DNA of 62,295 nt from Kiritimatiellia bacterium (GTDB lineage: Bacteria; Verrucomicrobiota; Kiritimatiellia; RFP12; JBMNHG01): assembly GCA_050950285.1 (NCBI GenBank), contig JBMNHG010000002.1, positions 186,001 through 248,295 on the forward strand, written 5' to 3'. The notes under the pieces are model-generated. The model saw only the letters and a program-made list of their open reading frames with translations. It had not been told where the DNA came from and made no database searches. Below, one piece after another: positions 9,967-19,827 of this stretch. The position numbers and the translations under genes were made by a program. Numbering within the stretch: position 1 is the stretch's first letter; every line of letters begins with the position of its first letter.

Positions 9967-10666
9967 ACCCCGTCATGCCCACAACGTTCGACTTTTGGTA
10001 CGCGGTCAACAATACAGAGGTTCTCGTAATGCCCTCGCGGCATATCGAGACCTTTGGCAACACCATCATCGAGTACACGCTGGTGAGCAAACTGATGGAT
10101 TCGGTGGACCAAGTACGCGTACGGGAAGGCCGGATGCAGGCGATGCGCCCGCAAATCGTGACGCCCTCCGCCTTTTCCAACATGGTCCTTGAAGGCTTCG
10201 GCGAGCAGGCGCAGAAGTACGCCGACTGGCTGCGCGACCACGAGGACACCATCCGCATCCTCCGCTACGGCTACACCCTCAAGCAGACCGCTTTCAGCGA
10301 GGAGGTCGTCACCGACAGCCTGGAGGCGGTGCTCGAACGCGTCAAGCAAGCACGCAGCGGAGAAGGCCAACCCCTTCCAGGCCGTCGTCAAAGGGCGTGG
10401 ACAACCCGTGGGACGTGTGCCTCGTGAAGCTCTTCTGGCAGGTCATCCAGTCCTCGGCGAAGGACAACATCCGCGAACTCAACGAGCGAAAGCTCTTCGA
10501 CATCCGCGACGGCCTCCCGGCCACCGTCCGCGAGGAAATCGAAAAGGCCTTCCAAGCCGCCGCGCACGACCCGTCGCTGGTGAAATCCCTCGGTGCCCTG
10601 CTTCAGAAGCACGGCGTCTTCGAATCCTATCAGGACCGCTTCTTCCAGCTCGTCCGGCGTACCTGA
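9963..10666 (+). pseudogene. Hypothetical protein split over three frames by two +1 indels
   Basis: MNPVMPTTFDFWYAVNN...LERVKQ, then HAAEKANPFQAVVK (shift near 10350), then GVDNPWDVCLVKLF...FFQLVRRT* (shift near 10391). Codon style is continuous across the shifts. Confidence 0.7.
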
Positions 10667-10705
10667 CCTCCCCCTGTTCCTGCCCACACAACGAAAGGGA
10701 GTCCC

Positions 10706-11950
10706 ATGAAAATCGACCGATTCCTCCCCGCTCTGGTCGCGGTCACCGTATCGCTTGCCATCGGTTGTGCGAGAAAAGCCGACTATAAGCCCTTGATCCC
10801 CCAAGGCACCGTCCTCGCCTCCGTCAGCCACGATCGACAATTCCGCGACAACCCTGTCCTTCAGGGCATTCGACAGGCGTCCGACGAACTTCAGAAGAAA
10901 CAATATGACGAGCTGTGGACGGAATGGGGGGAGAACGCCCCGCTGACGCCAGAACTCGCCCGCGTCCTGTCCATGAACAGCCCCCAACTCATTCAATACC
11001 TCTGCGGCGAAAACGCGGACATCGAATGGATGCTCCTGACCGTAGGAGCGTCGGGACTTCTCAACAACGACGACGATTCCTTCTCCGTCCCGCCCGCCGC
11101 TCTGGTTATCTGCCTCAACCAACCCCTCGACCTGGCCGATCCATTGGCCAAGATCCGAAAGCTCGCCGAAGATCAATGGAACTCTCTGGACGAACAGGAC
11201 AAGACCTTTGAAGAGGCCTTGGAGAATTTCTTCCAGGAGATGGAATGGGAATCCGGCATACGGATTTCGGAGACGACCTATCAGGAGCGAACGGCTTTGC
11301 GGGTGACCATCAAGGATTCAGAAATCGAGGGTAACATCGAGGGATTGAGCCCGATTCTCGCCACCATTGGGGACGGGCGATTGATCGCCCTCGCCGTCAA
11401 CGAGAGGCATCTGGACGAGCTTTCGGAACTCTACGCCGGCCGCCTTCCCGCCCTAGACGCGACCACTCCTCTCGCCAAGGAAATGGCCCTCCCCAACGAC
11501 GTCTACTCCCGCGCCGCCATCGCCGACATCCCCCGCGTAATGCGGAAGTTTCTCTCCGCCAGCCAATGGGAGAACTTCACCGAAGCGATGGAGGAAGACG
11601 AGGAAATCGGGCCGTATATCCTTTCGACGCAAACCCTGCGACTCGACGTCGCGCTCGATTCCGCCTCCATGTCGATGGTGTTCCGCGTGGAAGTCGACAT
11701 GGACTCCGAGGACAGGGCTTCCTCGCTCGGCTACCTCGCCCAGGCTGGAAAATCCGCCCTGTCCATGGGGGCCCAGATGCTTTCTGCCCAAAACCGCGAA
11801 TTAGCCTTCCTCGCAGACTGGGTCGGTAACTTAGACTGCGGAAACCGGGGGAAGACGACCTTCGCCACTTTCAGTTTCACCAGCGACGATATTCGGAAAC
11901 TGGACGATGTCAGGCAATTATACCCGTCGATCTTTGAGGACGCCTTCTAA
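10706..11950 (+). CDS. Hypothetical lipoprotein
   Basis: 414-aa ORF with RBS AGGGAG and lipoprotein-type signal MKIDRFLPALVAVTVSLAIGC. Confidence 0.8.
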   Translation: MKIDRFLPALVAVTVSLAIGCARKADYKPLIPQGTVLASVSHDRQFRDNPVLQGIRQASDELQKKQYDELWTEWGENAPLTPELARVLSMNSPQLIQYLCGENADIEWMLLTVGASGLLNNDDDSFSVPPAALVICLNQPLDLADPLAKIRKLAEDQWNSLDEQDKTFEEALENFFQEMEWESGIRISETTYQERTALRVTIKDSEIEGNIEGLSPILATIGDGRLIALAVNERHLDELSELYAGRLPALDATTPLAKEMALPNDVYSRAAIADIPRVMRKFLSASQWENFTEAMEEDEEIGPYILSTQTLRLDVALDSASMSMVFRVEVDMDSEDRASSLGYLAQAGKSALSMGAQMLSAQNRELAFLADWVGNLDCGNRGKTTFATFSFTSDDIRKLDDVRQLYPSIFEDAF

Positions 11951-12740
11951 TCCAGCCACTCCCTCCGGAGCCCCTCGCTCGCAGGGATTCCAGAAGGGTG
12001 CGACGCCCGGCAGCGGAAAGAATCCTCCGACGAAAACGCGGAAACCTTCCGCACCCTCCGTCGATTTTCTTTTTGAAGACGACGCGATTCTCGTGGTGGA
12101 CAAGCCGGCCGGAATGCTCGTCCATCCTGCTCCGGGCACCCCCGACGGCACGTTGCTCGACGCGATTCTCGCCGCTCGCCCCGGCATTGCGGGCGTGGGA
12201 AGCGCGGAGCGTCCCGGCATCGTCCACCGCCTCGACCGCGAAACCAGCGGCGTGATGGTGGTGGCCAAGACCCCCGCCGCCTACCGCCGCCTCCGCGCCC
12301 TCTTCGAAGCGCACGAAGAGGTGCAGAAGACCTACCTCGCCGTTCTCCACGGCGCACCGGCCCCCCGTCGCGGAACCCTGGAAACCCTCATCGGCCGGAA
12401 GCCCTGGGACGCGAAGCGGATGGCCGTGGTGGAGAAAGACGGCCTGCGGGCGGTCACCCATTGGGACGTCCTGGCCAAACGCCGTGGTGTCGCGCTCGTG
12501 GAATTCGTCATCGAAACGGGCCGCACCCATCAGATTCGCGTCCACGCCGCCCACCTCGGCCACCCGATCGTCGGCGACACCCTCTACGGCGACCCCGCCG
12601 CCGACCGCCGCATGGCCGTGCCGCCCCGACGGCAGCTCCTGCACGCCGTGAAACTTGCCTTCCCCCACCCCGCCACCGGCAAGCGCATGGAATTCACGGC
12701 CGAACCGCCCCCCGATCTCGTCTTCGCGCGGGCACGGTAG
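11907..12740 (+). CDS. RluA-family pseudouridine synthase (start uncertain)
   Basis: Motifs VVDKPAGMLVHP, GIVHRLDRETSG, IETGRTHQIRVH, HPIVGDTLYG and QLLHA. Confidence 0.93.
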   Translation: MSGNYTRRSLRTPSNPATPSGAPRSQGFQKGATPGSGKNPPTKTRKPSAPSVDFLFEDDAILVVDKPAGMLVHPAPGTPDGTLLDAILAARPGIAGVGSAERPGIVHRLDRETSGVMVVAKTPAAYRRLRALFEAHEEVQKTYLAVLHGAPAPRRGTLETLIGRKPWDAKRMAVVEKDGLRAVTHWDVLAKRRGVALVEFVIETGRTHQIRVHAAHLGHPIVGDTLYGDPAADRRMAVPPRRQLLHAVKLAFPHPATGKRMEFTAEPPPDLVFARAR

Positions 12741-12760
12741 ACAACGCGCGCAGACCATGG

Positions 12761-12800
12761 AAAAACACCCTCAAGCCGTTTGGCTCAAGGGTGTTGTTTT
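12761..12800. terminator. Probable bidirectional intrinsic terminator between rluA and the convergent tRNAs
   Basis: A-run, imperfect stem AACACCCT..AGCC / GGCT..AGGGTGTT, then a T-rich tail. Confidence 0.55.
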
Positions 12801-12805
12801 AAGAC

Positions 12806-12882
12806 TGGTCGGGGAGAGGGGATTTGAACCCCTGACTTCTTGGTCCCGAACCAAGCGCGCTACCAGGCTGCGCTACTCCCCG
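12806..12882 (-). tRNA. tRNA-Pro (CGG)
   Basis: Reverse complement CGGGGAGTAGCGCAGCCTGGTAGCGCGCTTGGTTCGGGACCAAGAAGTCAGGGGTTCAAATCCCCTCTCCCCGACCA folds as a cloverleaf with anticodon CGG and encoded CCA. Confidence 0.97.
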
Positions 12883-12887
12883 CAAGA

Positions 12888-12963
12888 TGGTGGCGGCTGA
12901 GGGACTTGAACCCCCGACAGACGGATTATGATTCCGTTGCTCTACCGACTGAGCTAAACCGCC
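12888..12963 (-). tRNA. tRNA-Met (CAT), probably elongator
   Basis: Reverse complement GGCGGTTTAGCTCAGTCGGTAGAGCAACGGAATCATAATCCGTCTGTCGGGGGTTCAAGTCCCTCAGCCGCCACCA. Anticodon CAT, paired G1, no initiator GGG/CCC stem. Confidence 0.93.
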
Positions 12964-13162
12964 GGAAAAAGAATGGATGCATCATAGCGAATCCAGCGCA
13001 GGAATCAATCCTTAATTTCACTGCCCAATTTCACCGCGAATGCCTTCACCGTCAACCGGGTCAGCAAGGTCAATCCGGTCCCCCTGCCACACCTGCCCGC
13101 CCTGGCGGGGCCCGCGGTCCCCGCAGGATGGCGCTCGCTATTCCCCCCTATGCTGCCGTGAA

Positions 13163-13190
13163 TTGACACCGCCCTGATTTCCTTTACAAT
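13163..13190 (+). promoter_or_regulatory. Sigma70-type promoter
   Basis: TTGACA (13163-13168), 16 nt spacer, TACAAT (13185-13190), upstream of the ATG at 13238. Confidence 0.65.
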
Positions 13191-13237
13191 CATTGGGATT
13201 GTTTTTGCCTGAACTGTCATCAAGAAAGAATGGATTT

Positions 13238-14254
13238 ATGGCCAAGGTCAACGCTGTAGTCGTCGGCGCAGGTGGAATCTCCGGCGCCTGGTTCCCGCCC
13301 CTGCTGAAGGAGAAGGTGGACATCGTCGGCGTGGTCGACCTGAACGTCGAGACCGCGAAGGCGCAGATTGCGAAGTACGGCATAGATTGCGAAGTCGGCT
13401 CGGATCTCGCCGCGATGCTTCGCGCGAAGAAGCCGGACTTCGTCCTCAACCTCACCGTTCCCGCGGCGCACTGCAAGGTCGCCTGCACCGCCCTCCGCGC
13501 CGGATGCCATGTGCTCGGCGAGAAACCCCTGGCGAACAGCATGGCCGAGGCCCGCAGGATGGTGGACGCGGCGAACGACACCGGACTCCTTTGCATGGTG
13601 AGCCAGTCGCGCCGCTACGAGCCACGCCACGTGGCCTTGGCCAACGCCCTCGCGAAGGGGAAGATCGGGCACGTCACCACCCTGAACTGCGACTTCTTCA
13701 TGGGATGCCACTTCGGCGGTTTCCGCGACGAGATGGAAAGCCCGCTCATCCTCGACATGGCGATCCACCACTTCGACCTGGCTCGTCTCTTTTCGGCGGC
13801 CGACCCCGTGGCGGTCTACGCGCAGGAGTTCAACCCGCGCGGCTCCTGGTACAAAGGGGACGTCGCCGCGAACTGCATCTTCGAGATGTCCGACGGAAGC
13901 GTCTTCAGCTACCGGGGAAGCTGGTGCGCCGAAGGGATGCATACGTCGTGGCAAGGGGATTGGCGCATCATTGGCGACAAGGGGACCATCCTCTACGAAC
14001 GCGACAACGAACTCGTCGGGGAGATCGTTGTCGGCAAAACCGGCTTCACCCGTGCCAAAAAGGCCTTCCGCGTGCCCGACGCCAAGATCCCCGCCAGTGG
14101 CATGCACGGCGCCCTCAAGGAATTCCTCGAGGCCCTGAAGGGCTCCTACACCCCGCAAGGTCTCGTCCAGGACAACATCCGGTCGCTCGCGATGGTCTTC
14201 GGGGCGATCGAAAGCTCGCGCAAGCGCCGCCGGATTGTCCTCGCCCGAAACTAG
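13238..14254 (+). CDS. Gfo/Idh/MocA family oxidoreductase
   Basis: Rossmann motif VVGAGGIS, HVLGEKPLA and ILDMAIHHFD. Confidence 0.93.
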   Translation: MAKVNAVVVGAGGISGAWFPPLLKEKVDIVGVVDLNVETAKAQIAKYGIDCEVGSDLAAMLRAKKPDFVLNLTVPAAHCKVACTALRAGCHVLGEKPLANSMAEARRMVDAANDTGLLCMVSQSRRYEPRHVALANALAKGKIGHVTTLNCDFFMGCHFGGFRDEMESPLILDMAIHHFDLARLFSAADPVAVYAQEFNPRGSWYKGDVAANCIFEMSDGSVFSYRGSWCAEGMHTSWQGDWRIIGDKGTILYERDNELVGEIVVGKTGFTRAKKAFRVPDAKIPASGMHGALKEFLEALKGSYTPQGLVQDNIRSLAMVFGAIESSRKRRRIVLARN

Positions 14255-14278
14255 CCGTCATCCATCCTCCCTCCCACG

Positions 14279-16111
14279 ATGTCCGCCACGCGTCCGAAAC
14301 CCCTCCCGGAAACGCCGGAGCAACCCTCCGGCGAGGAGCCACAGGACGTTCGGCCCGACACCACCGTCCTCCCCGAGGCGCTCCACGGCGAGGTGCTGGC
14401 CTTGCTCGAGGCGGTTCCCGACCCGGAGATTTCCCGTCTGACCGCCGCCGTGCAGGGCAAAGGCGGCTTCCGGCAGAACACGAAGCCGTCGCTGCTCCGG
14501 GCGAACCTCGGAAAGGCCATCCGTCCCGGGAATGCGCTCTCGCCCGCCCTGCGGCGCGCCCTGGCGCGCCAAAGCCTGCAACCGTCGCTCGTCGCCCCGG
14601 CCACTCCCGCGCACCTCAAGGCGAACCTTGGCGCGTATGCGGCCGTTTGCGGCGCGCCGCGATTCCTGGTGTCGCTCTGGCTCGACTCCCGGGACGACGT
14701 CCGCGCCCTCGCCCTCGAGGGTGCCGCGAAGTTCCTCGGCGAAACGCCCGCCGAAGCCCTCCCCGCCCCCGACGAAGCCGCCGCCCACCTCCGCGAGCGG
14801 CTGGCCCCTCTCCTCGCCCGCCTTGGCGCACGGGACGGCGGAACGCCGCCCGCCGCCGGGGCGGCCGACGCCGCCGACCTCCTTCGGAACGAACTTGCCG
14901 ACCTCAAGCGCGAGAACCGCCGGTTGCGGAATTCGGACGAACAATTGCGGCGCGCCCTCGAGCGCGAACGCGCCCGCGAAGGCGACGTCCGCGCCCTGCG
15001 CGACGAACGGGACGAAGCCCGCCGCGCCGCCGCCGCCGCCGACCGGCGCATCGCGGAACTCGAAGCCTCCCTGCAACGCCACCGCGAGGAGAATCGGCAG
15101 CGCACCGCCGCCGCCGTGGAACAGGCCACCGCCGCCGCTTTTTCCGGATGGCTCGCCCGCGCCGCGCGCGTCGCGAAAGCCGCGGAAACCGCTTCGGACC
15201 CCTCCCTGTTCGAGCGCGCCCGCGCCGCCTTGGACAACCAGGCGCAGGAAGATGCCTCCAGCGGCTCCTTCCGCGCCATGCGCGACCGCCTCCGCACCCT
15301 CGAAGGACTGCGCGCGCAGGTTCGCGAGGCCCTTGCGGACGCCGTCCATCCGCTCCCTTCCCTCCAGGCCATCGCGACCGAGTTGGACGAAGAACGCATC
15401 CGCCTTCGAACCCTGCTCGGCGACGTGGATGACCCCGCGCCGTCCGGCTTCTCCGAGACCGCCCTCCAACGGGCCATTTCCGCCGCCGCGCCGGAGGAGC
15501 TTCCCGTCCTCTCCGAGCTGCTGGAACGGCTCTCGTCGCTTCGCGTGCTCGACCACATCACGGAAGGACGCCTCCGGGAGATGCTCCACCTGCGCCAGGC
15601 GTTGTTCCAGGCCACGACCCTCCCGCCTTCCCTGCTCGGCGCCGAATGGGAGAAGATCCGTTCGGGGGATCCGCTCTGGAGGCTTCGCGAGGCGTTCGCC
15701 GGGCAAGCCCCCGCCATCATTCTGGTGGACGGGCACAACATGCTCTTCGCCCTGCAATCGCGCTATATGTCCGACGGCCCGGCGACCCCCGTTCCGGGAC
15801 GTGCGGCGCGCGAAAAGCTCGTCTCCGACTTCATCCGCCTCGTGAAAGGACGCCCCACCGTGCGCGTCTGGATCGTCTTCGACGGCGCGGAGCCGAACGA
15901 TGCCTCCCCTGCGGAAAACGTGCGCGTCTCCTACTCCGGCGGCGAAGGGCAGCACCGCGCCGATCGCCTGCTCGAGGCGAACGCCCGCTACTTCCATCAG
16001 GCGGGGGCCACCGCGCTGTTCCTCGTGACCAACGACGGCGAACTGGCCGGAAACGCCCGCAAGGCTGGCGCCACCCCCCTCGCCCCGACCGTCTTCCTCC
16101 CGCTCTTCTGA
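14279..16111 (+). CDS. Coiled-coil protein with C-terminal NYN (YacP-like) nuclease domain
   Basis: Central heptad-rich region. C-terminal ILVDGHN, IVFDG, SYSGG...RADRLL and LVTNDGEL acidic motifs of the PIN/NYN fold. Confidence 0.8.
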   Translation: MSATRPKPLPETPEQPSGEEPQDVRPDTTVLPEALHGEVLALLEAVPDPEISRLTAAVQGKGGFRQNTKPSLLRANLGKAIRPGNALSPALRRALARQSLQPSLVAPATPAHLKANLGAYAAVCGAPRFLVSLWLDSRDDVRALALEGAAKFLGETPAEALPAPDEAAAHLRERLAPLLARLGARDGGTPPAAGAADAADLLRNELADLKRENRRLRNSDEQLRRALERERAREGDVRALRDERDEARRAAAAADRRIAELEASLQRHREENRQRTAAAVEQATAAAFSGWLARAARVAKAAETASDPSLFERARAALDNQAQEDASSGSFRAMRDRLRTLEGLRAQVREALADAVHPLPSLQAIATELDEERIRLRTLLGDVDDPAPSGFSETALQRAISAAAPEELPVLSELLERLSSLRVLDHITEGRLREMLHLRQALFQATTLPPSLLGAEWEKIRSGDPLWRLREAFAGQAPAIILVDGHNMLFALQSRYMSDGPATPVPGRAAREKLVSDFIRLVKGRPTVRVWIVFDGAEPNDASPAENVRVSYSGGEGQHRADRLLEANARYFHQAGATALFLVTNDGELAGNARKAGATPLAPTVFLPLF

Positions 16112-16135
16112 GTCGCGGCGCGCCGCCGCGCCCCG

Positions 16136-17632
16136 TCACGGATCGCCGGCCGGAAGAAGGCGGACGAGAATCGCGGCATCGTCCGGGTTCCGCAGCGCGA
16201 AGCGCCGGGCGATCCGATAGCCCGGAATCCAGGCGACCTCCCCTCCCGCGCAGAGAATGGGCACCCCGTCGCGCTCTTCACGCGGAACGCCGGCATCCAC
16301 CAGGACGTCCTGCACCTTCCGGCTCCCCTCCATGCCCAGGGGCCGGATGCGGTCGCCCGGCAGACGGGCGCGAAGGAGAAGCCCGCCCGCCCGCTCGACC
16401 TCCAGCCGCGACAGCGAACACATGGCGGGGACCCGGCCGAGAGGCCCCGTGTCCCGGACGATCCCGCTTCCGAACTCGACGCGCGCGCGAAGCCCGCCCC
16501 AACGGGTTTCGCCCGGAATGGGAAGCACGCGCGGGGGCGGCGGCACGGCCGGGGGCGGGGCCCATTCGCGGAAGCGCAACCCCGCGGCCGTCCGTTCGGC
16601 GAAACGCGCCGGACCGAGCGCGAGGCGCGCGCCCGGCAGGCCGTCCGCAAGCGCCAGAACGCGCGCCACGACGTCGAATCCGGAAGCGGTCCCCCACTCC
16701 ATCAGCGCCAGCCGCACGACACGCCGGCGCAACGCCAGAGGCTGCGCCAGCAGGTCCGCGACGGGAAGTTCGAATCCACTGCGGGACGCGTCCACCGATC
16801 GCATCGACGCCAGCGCATCCCGTGCGAGCGCATCGAGGAACTCATCTTCGGCGTGGAGAATCGCCGACGAACGGGCCAGCGCCTCGCGCACGCCACCCTC
16901 CCCCGCCGCCTCGAGCACGGGCAGGAGCCGATGGCGGACGGCGTTCCGCGGGATGGCGGCGTCCTCGTTCGACGCATCCTCCCGCCAGCCTTCGCCGCGC
17001 CCGACCAGCCAGTCGCGCAACTCCGCCCTGGAGAACTCCAGCAGCGGCCGGAGCAGAAAAAGCGGCGCGCCGTTTTCCGCGGCGTCTCCGGGAACGGGGC
17101 ACGGCGGCGGCGCGCCGGGCGAAGCGCCTCGGGGGCATCCGTCCGACAACTCGCGGCAGGGGCGCAACCCGGAGAGTCCGGCGGCACCGCTCCCGCGGAG
17201 AAGGCGCATCAACAGCGTTTCGGCGACGTCCTCGCGGGTGTGTCCCGTGCAGACCGCGGCAGCACGGGCCTCCCTGGCCGTCCGGACAAAAAAAGCGCGG
17301 CGCGCCGTTCGGGCCTTCTGTTCGAGCGAGCCGGGTTGTCCGGCGAGCGGCGCGTCGGGCGCGCCGCGAAAAAAGGGAAGCCCCAGGCGGGCGGAGGCCG
17401 ATTCCACGAAGCGCTCGTCCTCGTCGGAAGCCGCCCCCCGCAGTCCGTGGTTCAGATGGAGCACGCCCAGCCATGCGCCGTGCGATGCGCGCCAGCCCGC
17501 GAGCAGATGGAGCAACGCCATGGAATCCGATCCGCCAGAAACCGCCGCAAGCAGCCGGACGCGGGACGAATCCATGCCCAGCCCGTCGAGAAGACGGTCC
17601 ATGGCTTGCGCGAAACGGGCGGAAAGATCCAC
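16136..17632 (-). CDS. tilS: tRNA(Ile)-lysidine synthetase
   Basis: PP-loop AVSGGSDSMALL, HLNHGLRG, GHTREDVAET, RPLL, EDASN...RNAVR, and C-terminal PGDRIRPLG...RKVQD. Confidence 0.96.
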   Translation of the reverse strand: MDLSARFAQAMDRLLDGLGMDSSRVRLLAAVSGGSDSMALLHLLAGWRASHGAWLGVLHLNHGLRGAASDEDERFVESASARLGLPFFRGAPDAPLAGQPGSLEQKARTARRAFFVRTAREARAAAVCTGHTREDVAETLLMRLLRGSGAAGLSGLRPCRELSDGCPRGASPGAPPPCPVPGDAAENGAPLFLLRPLLEFSRAELRDWLVGRGEGWREDASNEDAAIPRNAVRHRLLPVLEAAGEGGVREALARSSAILHAEDEFLDALARDALASMRSVDASRSGFELPVADLLAQPLALRRRVVRLALMEWGTASGFDVVARVLALADGLPGARLALGPARFAERTAAGLRFREWAPPPAVPPPPRVLPIPGETRWGGLRARVEFGSGIVRDTGPLGRVPAMCSLSRLEVERAGGLLLRARLPGDRIRPLGMEGSRKVQDVLVDAGVPREERDGVPILCAGGEVAWIPGYRIARRFALRNPDDAAILVRLLPAGDP

Positions 17633-17644
17633 GACGCCTCCGGA

Positions 17645-18175
17645 TCAAGGCCGGTCCAGGACGGGCCGGATCGAGAGCTTTTCGCCATCCCAGAAGCCGT
17701 AGGTCCTGCCTTCCGGACCTTTGGGCAGGGAGATGGAGCCCGGGTTGAAGACCGTCACGCCAGAGCCGGGAAGCTCGCGAAGCGACGGGATGTGCGTATG
17801 GCCGTGGGCAAGGATGCTTCCGGCGCCGAGAGGCGGGAGATTGTATTCGTTCCAGCGATGCCCGTGGGTGAGAAAGAAACGCCTTCCGTCCGTGTCGAGT
17901 TCCGCGAAGTCGCCGAGAATCGGGAATTCCAGCATCATCTGGTCGACCTCGGTGTCGCAGTTCCCGCGCACGGCGAGAAGTTCGGTCTTCCGGGAGTTCA
18001 AGATGGAGGCGACGCGCTCCGGATCGTACGGGTGCGGCACGCCGTTGCGAGGCCCGTGGTAGAGAAGGTCCCCCAGCAGCACGATGCGGTCTGGACGGAG
18101 GGTTTCCGCCTCGTGCAGGACCGCTTCGAGCGTGCTCGGGACACCATGGATGTCGCTGAGGAAGAGGATGCGCAT
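17645..18175 (-). CDS. yfcE: Metallophosphoesterase (YfcE-like phosphodiesterase)
   Basis: Motifs SDIHG, LGDLLYHGPRN, VRGNCD, THGH, HGHTH and NPGSISLPK. Confidence 0.92.
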   Translation of the reverse strand: MRILFLSDIHGVPSTLEAVLHEAETLRPDRIVLLGDLLYHGPRNGVPHPYDPERVASILNSRKTELLAVRGNCDTEVDQMMLEFPILGDFAELDTDGRRFFLTHGHRWNEYNLPPLGAGSILAHGHTHIPSLRELPGSGVTVFNPGSISLPKGPEGRTYGFWDGEKLSIRPVLDRP

Positions 18176-18324
18176 AGGGGCATGGTACGATAAAAACCGG
18201 ACGGGGAGAACCCCTTTCTGTGCGGAGGGGGAACTTCCGCCTTCAATGGACTCCTGCCGGCTGGTATACTCTGATGCCGTGACGCAACGAACCGTCCGTG
18301 CGTCCGATCACGTGGGACCTATCG

Positions 18325-19827
18325 ATGAACGAGACGACAGCCATCCTCGTGCTGGTGGGGTTGATCGCAGCGGGATGCGCCGCTTTCGCGGTGTTCCTGC
18401 TGATGCGATCCGCGCTGGAAAAGGCGAAGGCGGTGGCCGCCGAAGCCGAGAAAAACGCCGCGGGCGCTGCCGCGCTCGCCGGGGCGCGCGAATCGGAGAT
18501 CGACCGGATCCAGTTGAACGCCGAAAGCGACCTCCTGCGCCAGAAGGCACAGTCCGACGAGTTCGTGACCGAACTGCGCGAACGGAGCCGTACCCTCCAG
18601 GAGTCGCTGGATTCGGCGATGCAGGAAATCGGGCTTCTCCAGCAGCAGGCCGCCGTCGACGCGAAAACGCAGGAGATGGCGCAAAAGCAGCTCCAAGATC
18701 TGCAAGAGAGCCACAAGAAGATGCTCGACCAGGCCGAGGCCAGTTTCAAGGCGCTCTCGGAGACCATCCTCAAGGAGCGCAGCCAGGAATTCCAGGAAAG
18801 CGGGCTTCTGGGCATTCGCACGGTGACCGACGAACTGGTCAGGAGCATACAGAACTTCCAGAAGCGCGTGAACGAGGTCAACGAGGCGGACGTCCAGCGC
18901 GTGAGCCGGCTCGACCAATCCATCCAGGATCTGCTCAAGCAGACCGGCGGCATCTCCGAGCAGGCGAACCATCTCGCGACCGCCATCCGCGGGCAGGCGC
19001 AGGTGACCGGCCAATGGGGCGAAATCCAGCTGAAGCGCGTGCTGGAGGTCGCCGGACTCCGCGAAACCATCGACTACTCCTACCAGGAAACCTTCTCGTC
19101 TCCGGGGTCCGACTACAAGAACCTCCGCACGGACGTGCTCGTGAAGCTGCCGGGCGACCGGTGGCTTGTCATCGACGCGAAGACCACGCTGGCCGCCTAT
19201 GCCGACTATGTTGCCGCCGAAGAGGACGCCCGGGAGGATCCGCGGCGCCGCATCGTCGAGTCCGTGCGCAAGCACGTCGATGAAATCAAGACGAAGGCCT
19301 ATCGGAAGAGCATCGCCGACGCCACCGGAAAAGATCTCCATCGCATGGTGCTCATGTACATCCCCTTCGAAGAGGTCTACCTGATCGCCATGAAAGCGGA
19401 GATCGCCGTTTCCGGGCAGACCCGGATCCTCCGCGACTACGCCTGGGAGAACGACATCGTCTTTGTGGACGCCTCCGCCTTGATTCCCGTCCTCCAGTTG
19501 ATTGCGGAGTTCTGGGCCAGGGAGTCCACGAACGAAAACGCCGAGGCCATTCGGCAAGCGGCGGAGAACCTGGTGGAGAAGGTCAGGGTCTTCCTGGAGA
19601 GCCGCGACGGGTTCATCGCGCTCGGCAGGCAACTGGAAGCCGCCCTCCAGACCTACCATGCCTCGTATCAACGTCTCGCGGAAGGCCCCGGAAACATCGT
19701 CAAGCGCCTGCGCGATTTTGATCGGCTGGGGGTCCCCGCCGCCTCCCGCCTTCCCACCGAAGCCGAGCTGTCGGCGAAGAGTGCCACCCCCGAAGAGAAA
19801 CTGCCGGAAAAGGGAGACGAGGCGTGA
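18325..19827 (+). CDS. rmuC: DNA recombination protein RmuC
   Basis: N-terminal TM helix, coiled coil, GQWGEIQLKRVLE, RTDVLVKLPG...IDAK and VLMYIPFE. Confidence 0.92.
   Translation: MNETTAILVLVGLIAAGCAAFAVFLLMRSALEKAKAVAAEAEKNAAGAAALAGARESEIDRIQLNAESDLLRQKAQSDEFVTELRERSRTLQESLDSAMQEIGLLQQQAAVDAKTQEMAQKQLQDLQESHKKMLDQAEASFKALSETILKERSQEFQESGLLGIRTVTDELVRSIQNFQKRVNEVNEADVQRVSRLDQSIQDLLKQTGGISEQANHLATAIRGQAQVTGQWGEIQLKRVLEVAGLRETIDYSYQETFSSPGSDYKNLRTDVLVKLPGDRWLVIDAKTTLAAYADYVAAEEDAREDPRRRIVESVRKHVDEIKTKAYRKSIADATGKDLHRMVLMYIPFEEVYLIAMKAEIAVSGQTRILRDYAWENDIVFVDASALIPVLQLIAEFWARESTNENAEAIRQAAENLVEKVRVFLESRDGFIALGRQLEAALQTYHASYQRLAEGPGNIVKRLRDFDRLGVPAASRLPTEAELSAKSATPEEKLPEKGDEA

Noticed and set aside
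12806..12963. tRNA genes as the integration site of the island
   Set aside because: The accessory region starts about 10 kb away; no integrase or duplicated tRNA 3' end seen.
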